Both the position numbers and the translations under genes were made by a program. Below are positions 1 to 9,720 of a DNA stretch of 64,000 nucleotides, one piece after another. The stretch covers positions 33,604,001-33,668,000 of the forward strand of contig NW_026262734.1 of assembly GCF_021869535.1 (NCBI RefSeq), written 5' to 3'. Each line of letters starts with the position of its first letter. Position 1 is the first letter of the stretch. The stretch is from Mytilus californianus (Eukaryota). The notes below the pieces were generated by a model. The model had not been told where the DNA came from, ran no database searches, and saw nothing but the letters and a program-made list of their open reading frames with translations.

Positions 1-273
1 ACAGTTTATTGGAAAATAAAGTTCTTTGCACTGTACTTTGCATTATAAAGTTTGGAAAGTGCACGATATGATCTATATATTGCCAAAGTTTAGAAAAATC
101 AAGAAAAATCATTTATTTAAGCATGTAATTCCATTACATTTTGATGGAGCATATTCAAATAAAAACACTATGTTATAATAAAAAAGTTGCAAATCCTTCG
201 TGCAAAAAAAAAACAAACCCCAATATTAAAAGATTTTGTAGTAAGGTAAGGTTCTTCTGGTGTTGATGCTTCT

Positions 274-513
274 TAACGTTTCTTTACAAATACTTAAGTA
301 GAAGGAGATATGGGGTATACGTAACGGTTATATACAAATACATAAGTAGAAGGAAACATGGGGATACGTAACGGTTATATACAAATACTTAAGTAGAAAG
401 AGATATGGGGTATACGTAACGTTTATATACAAATACTTAAGCAGAAGGAGATATGGAGTATAAGTAACGCTTATATACAAATACTTAAGTAGAAGGAGAT
501 ATTAGGTATACGT
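274..513. repeat. Tandem array of about 4.8 copies of a 48-bp unit (TACAAATACTTAAGTAGAAGGAGATATGGGGTATACGTAACGGTTATA)
   Basis: Units at 285-332, 333-379, 380-427, 428-475 and a partial unit at 476-513. The last runs on into AATGAGACAGCAAC, like the terminus of interspersed repeat family A (compare 31083-31120). Confidence 0.9.
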
Positions 514-1703
514 TAATGAGACAGCAACAAAAAATACAAAAACAACCAAAAGACATTTATTTGTCGTCCCATACGTCCAGACTCAAGGAAGGTAATTCCA
601 AAAAACATATGCATGTGTGTCTTCTGTAATAATTGATTTTATACGAATATATCTCTACAGCCTGGTCATGTCAATGCTGTTTTGGGGTCGGAGGTATACA
701 TAAGTCAAATATACAGGTGTTCGACGTTTGACTGTTTTTGGCCGTTGTATAAAGTTCATCGCCTGTTTTATAGAATTATAGAAATTTTTAATATCGCTAT
801 TATTCACAAATAATTTGAAATTTCAAATTTAAAAAAAAATGAAGAGCGCTAAACCAGAAAGAACAAGTATAGCCAAAGCCAGACACCGACTGATAATATT
901 AACCATTGCAATAGACTACACAAACCACCTCTGAAAAAAACACAGAAATATACTACCAACAGGGTGGCGTCGAACTTGAAAAATTGAATAAAAGACAGCA
1001 CATAATTCGAAGAGCAGCATCAACATATAATCGCTACTACAGGAAACTAGCTGCGGTAGCTTAGTTAGCAAAACTGTCGCAAAAAAAGTGAAAAAAAATC
1101 ACATATCGAACAGGCGTCAAATGATCATGTCAAATTTTAACTTTATATGTTACCACAAAGAGGTTTTAAAAAATCTGGTAATAAAATGAAATCAAAATCT
1201 GGAGTATTTTTTATTCTTTTTACTATTTAAAAAAAATCAGAAGTATTTGTGAGATGCCACTAAGTATTTAGAATATTAAATTATTAAAGAAAGAACGAAT
1301 ATAGATTTGACTAGTAATTTGTAAACTATTTCTATATCCATTGAATCAATTCCCCAAATCAAGCATGTTTGTATAATACAGTACATAAATTATGTAATAT
1401 TTGAACTTTGAATGTAATCATATACAACTTAGTGAAAATTCGAATGGATGTATCCTTGCAATTTTATATTAAGTCTTGAAATAGGTATTTTATTTCGCTT
1501 TTTAAATTATGCAAAGTTCACGTGAGATATCAAGTAATATTTAAAGTACGGAAACAGGTGATTACTGAATACTAATATTTCGGAAGAAAACAGTTATTGA
1601 TGATTCATTAGTGCGATAGCATTGTAGAAAATATGTAGAATTAAGTTTTCAAGGATGAAGATTAATATTTTCTGGACAACATTTATCTTGCAGTTTTTTG
1701 ATA

Positions 1704-3938
1704 ATGATTCAAGCATTATCGCATAATTATGTCGAAGAAGAGATGCAATCAGTATTCAATAGAACTGATTTGAAATGTCCAATGAAATGTAACAAGCATC
1801 CGTCAATATATCAGATGTCTTGCTGTATTTGTCGTTCCAAATCGGATGTTACAAATCTTGGACATTTAACTATAGTAAACAAAAGAAATCATTATGATCC
1901 AAAAATTGTAAATCATGGAAGTAAACATGAACTTTATGCGCTGAATCATCGATATGGTTATCTTGAATTTCTGCCTGGGAACATATGTAATTTTAAAGGG
2001 CTGTTTATGATTGATTTGTCCTTCAACAAGATAAAGACTATAGATACAATTTCGTGCTTGACAAACTTAGATACTCTGCTGCTTCGTGGCAACAATATTC
2101 AGTATATGAATAATTACACGTTCGTGAATATGAGGTTCCTTCGTACAATTGATTTATCATTTAATAAAATCAGTTTAATGGATCCAGGTTTTCTCATTAA
2201 TATGAATGGAAATTTATTCTATCTGAACTTATCTTTTAATGAGATGTCCACTCTAGATATCACAAATGCAATAGCATCAAAACAGGAATATTTTTGCCGT
2301 GCAGATTACTCCCATAACTCAATAAAATTAATAACAAATGAACAATCATGGAAATTAAAAACCAATACCACACTTGGTCACGGAGGAATGGTGAATCTGT
2401 CAAATAATTCACTTACATCGTTTTTTGATGTGAATACATTGCGTTTCCTTGGCTTTGATCACCCTCTCCTAATTGGAAGACTTATATACTATGGATTTGA
2501 CTTAAGAGATAATAAATGGAACTGTGACTGCAAAATTTATCAATTTGCGAAAGCAGCAGAAAGACTTGCACAGGTAATGACAAGGGATTACTTTGACGTT
2601 AAATGTTATGCCCCGGAAACATTGAAAGGTAAATTAATGGTAACAATTATAAAAGAACGTCAATATGATGGTTTAATTTGTAACTTGTCGTTAGCAGACA
2701 AATGTCCTCCGAATTGTCGCTGTATATATCAACCAGCTGTTAGAAATAGGACAATCATTGACTGTTCAGAGTTGCATCTCACAAAGCTTCCACGCATGCT
2801 TCCAAATTACAATGTGTTAGAAGTTGATTTATCAAATAACAGCATAGACAATCTGCCAAATCAGTTTAGATACATACATAAACATGGACGAAAAATTAAA
2901 CACTACTTCGAGCGTATTCGAATTTTTAATTTTTCAAATAACCAAATCCGAATATTACCACGCTCAAATTTGTTTCTTTTAAGAAAAGCAGAAATCGATT
3001 TTAGGGGAAACAATATTAATTCATTACACAGATCTATTGAGCAATTAAACCCTTGCAACATTTATCTAGGCATTATAGAGATGCAATGTAAATGTGAAGA
3101 TATTTGGTTGCAACAATGGCTTCCAAAAAGTGATTCTAAATGTTACAAAAATGTACAAGTTTTGTGTCGGTTTACAGAACAATTAATATCCATAAAGTAT
3201 ATGACAAGGAAAGACCTTGGATGTAGAATACCGGATACTAATTTCATATGGATAAGTACAATTATCGTTGTGGCGTTCATTACTGTCGTTTTACTTTCGG
3301 CAATTATATTTTCCTTTCGATTCGAGATATTTATAATTGGACGGAAATTCATAAAATATTTTAGAGGAACTTCTCATTCTTTGAAATTGTGTTACGACGT
3401 ATATATTGCGTGCAATGAAGAAGATGAAAAGATTCGTTTGTGGCTGACAACGAATTTACTGCCTAATCTAGAGTTGAACAACATGCTTAAGGTGTTTTGG
3501 CCCTGCAGAGATAGTGAAATAGGAGTACCTCGCGAAGAGGAAATGATACATGTGATGTCCCATACTCAAACTGTTATCATCATTTTGAGTGAAGAGTATA
3601 AAGGACCTGTTCGTTGGAATGAAAAAGAATGGAAACATGCCTGGCACAATTATACACATGATCTGAACAAGGAAATTATTATTGTTAATTACGATCTACT
3701 GGAGGCAAATGAAATCGCAAAGCAATATTTGGGAGCATTTCTCCGAATTGGACAATTTATTGATTTTTCTAATCACAAGAAGTCGATAGAGGACGAAATA
3801 GCCTCCTTACTTACAAAACAAGATAAAAAGTTAAAAAAATACGATAGAAAAAACTTTTCTCATTCTCAAATAGATGATGAAAAATTCCCATTTCTAAAGC
3901 AATATCCTTTATATTCTGAGTTTCGATGTAAGACATAG
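1704..3938 (+). CDS. TLR-A: intronless Toll-like receptor, short multiple-cysteine-cluster type (Cys cap, LRRs, LRRCT+LRRNT, LRRs, LRRCT, TM, TIR)
   Basis: 746-aa ORF with LxxLxLxxNxI repeats, NKWNCDC...CPPNCRC internal cysteine cluster, TM FIWISTIIVVAFITVVLLSAIIF and TIR (YDVYIAC box 1, WPCRDSEIG BB loop, WNEKEW). First in-frame ATG is 1704. The probable true start is ATG 1655, which is out of frame by 1 nt (see findings). Confidence 0.93.
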   Translation: MIQALSHNYVEEEMQSVFNRTDLKCPMKCNKHPSIYQMSCCICRSKSDVTNLGHLTIVNKRNHYDPKIVNHGSKHELYALNHRYGYLEFLPGNICNFKGLFMIDLSFNKIKTIDTISCLTNLDTLLLRGNNIQYMNNYTFVNMRFLRTIDLSFNKISLMDPGFLINMNGNLFYLNLSFNEMSTLDITNAIASKQEYFCRADYSHNSIKLITNEQSWKLKTNTTLGHGGMVNLSNNSLTSFFDVNTLRFLGFDHPLLIGRLIYYGFDLRDNKWNCDCKIYQFAKAAERLAQVMTRDYFDVKCYAPETLKGKLMVTIIKERQYDGLICNLSLADKCPPNCRCIYQPAVRNRTIIDCSELHLTKLPRMLPNYNVLEVDLSNNSIDNLPNQFRYIHKHGRKIKHYFERIRIFNFSNNQIRILPRSNLFLLRKAEIDFRGNNINSLHRSIEQLNPCNIYLGIIEMQCKCEDIWLQQWLPKSDSKCYKNVQVLCRFTEQLISIKYMTRKDLGCRIPDTNFIWISTIIVVAFITVVLLSAIIFSFRFEIFIIGRKFIKYFRGTSHSLKLCYDVYIACNEEDEKIRLWLTTNLLPNLELNNMLKVFWPCRDSEIGVPREEEMIHVMSHTQTVIIILSEEYKGPVRWNEKEWKHAWHNYTHDLNKEIIIVNYDLLEANEIAKQYLGAFLRIGQFIDFSNHKKSIEDEIASLLTKQDKKLKKYDRKNFSHSQIDDEKFPFLKQYPLYSEFRCKT

Positions 3939-3974
3939 CAGATATACATTTAAGGTTGTATAAATTTTCCTTAT

Positions 3975-4248
3975 GGTGGTACCAAACACCTTGACTAAAA
4001 TCAATTTGGTTCGTTTTATTTTCATAAAATTTTGACAAAATATCTACTTTGACCCTTTGACAAAGACATAAAAATTTCAAAAAACTTGAACCACACACGT
4101 TATCAGATAAATTTCATTGGATATATAGAAGTTTGACAAATACTAATTTTGATCATTGATAAGTTTAATATTTCTTTAACAATAGAACGTGATTAAAACG
4201 TTCAGCTGATTTTTACAGAGTTATCTCCCTGTAGTGTTATGTACCACC
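3975..4248. mobile_element. MITE of about 270 bp with imperfect TIRs and TTAA-like flanks (Kolobok-like)
   Basis: Left end GGTGGTACCAAACAC. Right end GTGTTATGTACCACC is its near reverse complement. Flanks TTAT and TTTA are each one change from TTAA. It lies 36 bp after the TLR-A stop. Confidence 0.7.
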
Positions 4249-4614
4249 TTTACATATTATATTTTATATATGAATAATTATAAACCTTTTTCTAAAAGTG
4301 ATTTCTTCAATTCTGTTTCAGCAGACAAATAATTTGTTATTATGTATATGCTTGCATTAAACTTGGGACTTTTCCAAATGATAAATAGGTTCAGTGTAGA
4401 AGGAAGACTTCCTGGTCTAATTTTAAACTACTTCAAAAAAGTTTAAATTGCATATAGTGAGTTATTATATTGCATGTAAATATTTGTAATAATGAAATCT
4501 GTTTCCATTTTTTAAGTGGTTTTAGAATTAATAAGTACATAACCAAATTGTAAATGAGGCCCTTCATGGATATACCTGTTTATAATAGTTATATAGATTT
4601 TTGCAATGTTAACA

Positions 4615-4800
4615 TTTGTAAATAAACTCATTATTGATACTAGGATTAAAATTTTGTACGCCAGTACCACGTTTCGTCTACTGAAGACTCATTAGTGACG
4701 CTCATATCAACAAAGTTAAATGGGCCAATTAAAGAACGGAGTTGAAGAGCATTGATGGCCCAATATTTCGCCAGGTTTTGCAAAATACAGCTTAGGTAAT
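4615..4800 (-). mobile_element. Retrozyme fragment with a degenerate type I hammerhead ribozyme (4658-4704)
   Basis: Minus strand reads GAGCGTCA-CTAATGA-GTCT TCAGT AGAC-GAAA-C GTG GTA-CTGGCGT. Stems I and II are intact, but the core has G5>A. Flanks match the copy at 46675-46827. Confidence 0.75.
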
Positions 4801-4819
4801 TAACACAATTGTCTTAAAA

Positions 4820-4932
4820 AAACACACACATAAAAAGTAAGGACTGAGTAACCAAAAACCGTTGGTGATCTCAAATGCTCTGGAAAGGTAGGCAGATCCT
4901 GCTCAACATGTGCAATACGTCTTGTTACTCAT
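4820..4932 (-). mobile_element. 3'-UTR fragment of the PLE-1 family
   Basis: Reverse complement matches 9520-9660 (GAGCAGGATCTGCTTACCCTT...GAGATCACC). Confidence 0.7.
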
Positions 4933-5614
4933 ATACGTACGAATTCGATGAATTAGAATGCCCCAAAATTGATGCTTTGTATTCATAGATTCGATTACAA
5001 TTATGAGATTTATTCAGTAAATTTCAAATAAAAAGGGAAGAAGAAGATAACAAGGAACAATAAAAAGCCATAAGTCTAGAAAAAAAAATAAACCATAGTA
5101 GTCAACAGCCTAACATCACGAAGTTAAATACCTGTAATGAAATAGTAAAAAATTCTATGGACGATCTTTTTAAATCAAAAAGTAAAATATACAATTTAAG
5201 GTTGTTTATCTAATATGTGACCTTAGTCTTACGTAGATATTATGTCAACACTCTCTCCTGCTTTACAAGCACATACATCGCAAAGATACAGTCAAATATC
5301 ACAATAAAGAATAGCATATACTCGTCAAATTTCCCAAATCAAACAATTATCATGATATCATAAGAGCAAATGCTTATGAAAGATTTTTGTCCTAGTACAT
5401 AGAATATTTTTGTGATCTATTATCTATATTTTAAGTTATTATTTATGTAAGCTACATGTATCTAGTAGATGGTATTTGTATTTTCCTTGTATCGACATGC
5501 ATGTATATTAATGAAAAGATTGCAGTGCGTTGGTAGTGAATGAAAGTATTCAAACCAAATAAAAGATATAAAAATGATATTCTAAGATATAAGACAAAAA
5601 CAAATATGTAATGT

Positions 5615-5850
5615 GAGTCCGAACATACCGCATCGTATTGGTCAACGAGTTTGTTAAGGTGGCCGTAAAACTTGCGGAGTGTAAATTGTAGTCGTTATTC
5701 ATCATAAATCTATTAGAGCAATATTTGTAATCAAATTAGGAGCACAACCCTTTAAATGAAGTCTTAATAATGTGCTCATAGACGTGCATAACCATAGAAT
5801 TTATAAATGTTAATGCCATATGATGAGGCATAAGATGTCGTTATGTTTTC
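5615..5850 (-). mobile_element. Decayed Penelope-like RT C-terminal fragment
   Basis: Minus strand translates YARL*AHY*DFI*RVVLL...TLRKFYGHLNKLVDQYD, which aligns with YARACSHYTDFIYRSVLL...TLRKFYGHHHELVDLYD of PLE-2. Confidence 0.65.
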
Positions 5851-5877
5851 AAAGACACTTGAAGTCGTCCATCTATA

Positions 5878-6075
5878 TACAAATAAGGCGACGTGTTATG
5901 CTTGCCAATGAGACAACTATCAATGACCAAAACATGTACCGTTTAGTCAGCTATAAAAGGCTCCGACATGAAAAATATGAAAGTTCAAACTAAAAATACA
6001 TAAAAAAAAAAAAAACAACGGCCTGATTTATGACGAAACAATAAACGAAAAACAAATATATCGGACAAAAACAAA
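5878..6075 (-). mobile_element. Interspersed repeat family A relative, partial
   Basis: Contains GCCAATGAGACAACT and CAGCTATAAAAGGCTCC, matching the minus-strand family-A copy at 18762-18965. Confidence 0.6.
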
Positions 6076-6077
6076 CA

Positions 6078-6333
6078 TTATGTTCAGTGGTTGTCGTTTG
6101 TTGATGTGGTTCATAAGTGTTTCTCGTTTTTTATATAGATTAGACCGTTGGTTTTCCTGTTTGGATGGTTTTACACTAGTCATTTTTGGGGCCCTGTATA
6201 GCTTGCTGTTCGGTGTGAGCCAAGGCTCCGTGTTGAAGGCTGTACTTTGACCTATAATGGTTTCCTTTTATAAATTGTGACTTGGATGGAGAGTTGTCTC
6301 ATTGGCACTCACACCACATCTTCTGATATCTAT
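6078..6333 (+). mobile_element. Interspersed repeat family A, 5'-truncated copy
   Basis: Near-identical to 16750-17008 and 21415-21664 (TTAGACCGTTGGTTTTCC...GGTGTGAGCCAAGGCTCCGTGTTGAAGG...CATTGGCACTCA). Confidence 0.9.
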
Positions 6334-7099
6334 ATATTATGTCAATTTCAAGAAAAAGGTAAGAGAATGAATTATACCTTCTAGCTTCAGTAGTATCTTT
6401 TTTTAAGGGCAGTTAGAACTATGCCATGTATTAAATGCAAGGACGCGATGAAATGTGGGAACATCCAACGTTAAATGCGCATATTTTATCGATCTTTCAG
6501 TTTTCGTGCCCAGGTTGAATAGAGTGTTGAAAAATCAAACGTTTTGTAGTGATTGTGGTTTGAGATTTTGACGTTCATTTCAAAATGTGTTAAGATTCAA
6601 ATTAGATTATCTCATCAAATTATATTTGAAAGCCATAATTTACTGTAGAAAACATCAAGAGTTTTGGGAACATGTTAAGTTTGATATTGAAAGGACACAG
6701 CATGATATCGAATAAAAATAAGATAGGTTTTCTTTGTTTTTTATGTAAATACCAAAAGGAGGGAAGAAGTACGGATTTAAGATTTTCTACATTTTCCACT
6801 TTCATGGAATATGTAAGTTTCTAATATTTGTTATTATATCACTGCTCTTTTGTTATGTAATCAAAATGATGATTTTGCAAACTATTCTATTTGAAGGTTT
6901 TTCTGCTTAACAACAATATATTTGTCGTGAAAATGGATGTAGCATTTACAAACGCCGATAAGTAGGCGTGGTTTATTTTAGTAGTGTTATTACGTCCCTC
7001 TATCAAAACAAAATGGCGTCGTTTTACCCGGAAAACAGATAAAGAAAACAGATAAAGAAATTTTTGATGAACGATTGAAATAAATGCAGAAAACACATT

Positions 7100-7334
7100 A
7101 AAAAGTAAAATAACAAAAATACCGAACTCCAAGGAAAATTCAAAAAGGAAAAATAAAAAGCTCAAACACATCAAACGAATGGAAAACAACTGTCATGTTC
7201 TTGACTTGGTACAGGCATTTTCTTATGTAGAAAATGGTGGATTGAACCTGGTTTTATAGCTAGCTAAACCTCTCACTTGTATGACAGTCGCATAAAATTC
7301 CATTATATTGACAACGATGTGTGAACAAAACAAA
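7100..7334. mobile_element. Interspersed repeat family B (about 260 bp), with an internal deletion
   Basis: Near-identical to 43045-43304 and partly to 30136-30280. Confidence 0.9.
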
Positions 7335-7344
7335 GCTCACTCGG

Positions 7345-9720
7345 TCTTAGCGGTTAAAAAATTGTTGCATTGGCTTTAGGAACATTTGATCTGATTCGTA
7401 CATGTTAAAGATGAAGATTATACAAGAAAATGTGCCGTGCACACTAAAACATGTATTAGAGTATTCAGTGTTACAAACACCCACAGCTATCATCTCGGAT
7501 ATTGTAATTCACAGACTTTTCAAACAAGTTCGAATTAAAAAAGATGAAAAGAAGAAAATATTTCCTTTGCAAACAAAGGTATCGATGCCTTCAACTTGGC
7601 CAATGTTCTTCTTCATAAATCACTCGCAAATATCTCCCTTTTCTAAGGACGAGTCTGTAACATTTCTTATACCTTTACCAAACAAATTGCAACTAAAATT
7701 TTCAATTACAAACACGTGTTGCAGGATCTCAATATTTAAGACTTCAAGTCTAAACCTCCTGATTGTACCTGTGCTAGTTCCCAATTCACATATAATCCGA
7801 CCGGCCGAGTTATAACTGGTGGCCTAAACATTACCTATAACACTTTTCTGCGAATTGTATGATCCAAAGACCCGAAATATCGTGAGTCTAAAGCCATCAA
7901 TTGGAAAAACAACTTAACAATACGAATGGATTCAGTCGAGGATTATTCCAAGCAATGGGTTTAACGAGAAAAAGAAGACGTTGATACTCTTTCATAATGG
8001 ATTAAGGCTGTGAGGTCGTTGATACAAATCAATGCTAAAAATCTGAATAGGTTTATGAATATAAATGCTACATCAATTGTTGCATAATACCTGTGCTACC
8101 TCCATGACAAATATGTTATTGTTCTCGCAGATAAAGCCCCAAACAACGTCGTGTTTGTGTGTAAATCATAGTACATAAACTGCTCAATAAATGAATTAGG
8201 TATTTACAAGTCACATAAAAACTCAATATATACCCCCAGGACAATTAACAAGGGAAAATTCTGGATAATCATAGATCTGTTCTATGTTTCTTCAACCAAA
8301 GATGAAGAACTGGATCTTCCTTCGCTGTATTGTATACCTACACTACATAAGTTTCTTCACAAACAACGTTATATTGCTAGGTCTTCCAAGTGCTCCACGA
8401 AACCTCTTTCTAAATTATTAACATCAAATTTATCAGCAATCAAAGCCGGGCTTCAAAATTATTGTCAACTACCTATTCTAGAGGTGGCGTGAATCAGATG
8501 AGGATACTAAATAATTTCAAAGATCCTTTAGGGTACATACAATCAATCTAAGATTCTTTTTCATCTGGCAATAGTATTTAAACATTTGACGTTTCTACAC
8601 TTTACACAAGTATTCCCCATTCCAAACTAAAAGACAAAAAAGAAAGAGTTGTTCCGCTTTGTTTCATAAAAAGAATGGCTGACGTAGATACAAGTATCTT
8701 GTCTTTTGGAGGGATAAATCTAACTTTGTAAAAAATCACTCTGATTCAAACAAACATTTCTCTGAAACTGACATTATCCAAATGCTTGACTTCTTGATTG
8801 ACATATAATTGTTTCGTTTGGAGGACGTGTTACTACAAACAATAAACATTCCTATAGGAACCAACTGTGCTCCTCTTCTTACCGACTTGTTCCTTTATTC
8901 ATTTGAGGCTAATTTCATACCGGAATTTATTAGGAAGAAAGAAAAGAGGTTAGCAGTATCCTTAAACTTCACTTTCTGCTATATAGATGATGTTCTCTCA
9001 CTAAATAATTCAAAATTTGGTGATTATATTGAACGCATCTATCCCATCGAACTTGAGATAAAGGATACAACAAATATAGTTAAGTCTGCCTCATATCTGA
9101 CTTACCTCTAAAAATAACAATGAATGTCGGTTGAAAACAAAACTTTACGATAAAAGAGATGATTTCAGCTTATCCATTGTGAAATTTGAATTTCTAGGTA
9201 GCAACATTCCAGCAGCGCCTGCACACAGAGTTTATAGCTCCCAGTTGATACGATAGTCCAGGGCTTGTATTTCATATCATGATTTCCTTGATAGAGGATT
9301 GCTGCTCACAAGGAAGCTATTAAACCAAGAGTTCTAAGTGGTGAAGTTGAAATCATCTCTTCATTAATTTTACGGACGCCATCACGAGTTGGTTGACCAT
9401 TATGGAATATCTGTTTCACAGATGACAACGGATATGTTCCGTTCCAATTGTCGCAACTACAATCCCGTCCTCTTTCCCCGAATGTGACCTACAAAATTAG
9501 ATTTATCACCGGGTTGCACTAGCATAAGCAACATGACGGGTGCCACATGTTGAGCAGGATCTGCTTACCCTTCATGAGCACCTGAGATCACCCTCAAATT
9601 TTTGGTGTGGTTCATGTTGCCCAGTCTTTAGTTTTCTATGTTGTGTTTTGTGTACTGTTTTTTTGTCTGTTTGTGTTTTTCTTTTTTAGCCGTGGCGTTG
9701 AAAGTTTATTTTTGACATTT
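7345..9720 (+). mobile_element. PLE-1: 5'-truncated, decayed Penelope-like retroelement (Naiad-type layout, CxC linker followed by C-terminal RT)
   Basis: Broken reading frame gives FANKGIDA, KSKPPDCTC (CxC), IPIGTNCAPLLTDLFLY, CYIDDVLSLNN and KFYGRHHELVD, then a 3' UTR. There are many stops and frameshifts. No GIY-YIG domain follows the RT. Confidence 0.85.

Noticed and set aside
3600-3650. Conserved WxxxE glutamate in all TIRs as evidence of NADase activity
   Set aside because: The same glutamate is present in ordinary TLR TIR domains, so it does not discriminate without an assay.
4365-4375. kappaB-like 11-mer GGGACTTTTCC
   Set aside because: It is an imperfect single motif downstream of TLR-A with no supporting context.
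7009-7040. CAAAATGGCG (YY1-like, Kozak-like ATG) as a first exon
   Set aside because: The frame closes after 9 codons with no donor site, and it is adjacent to repeats.
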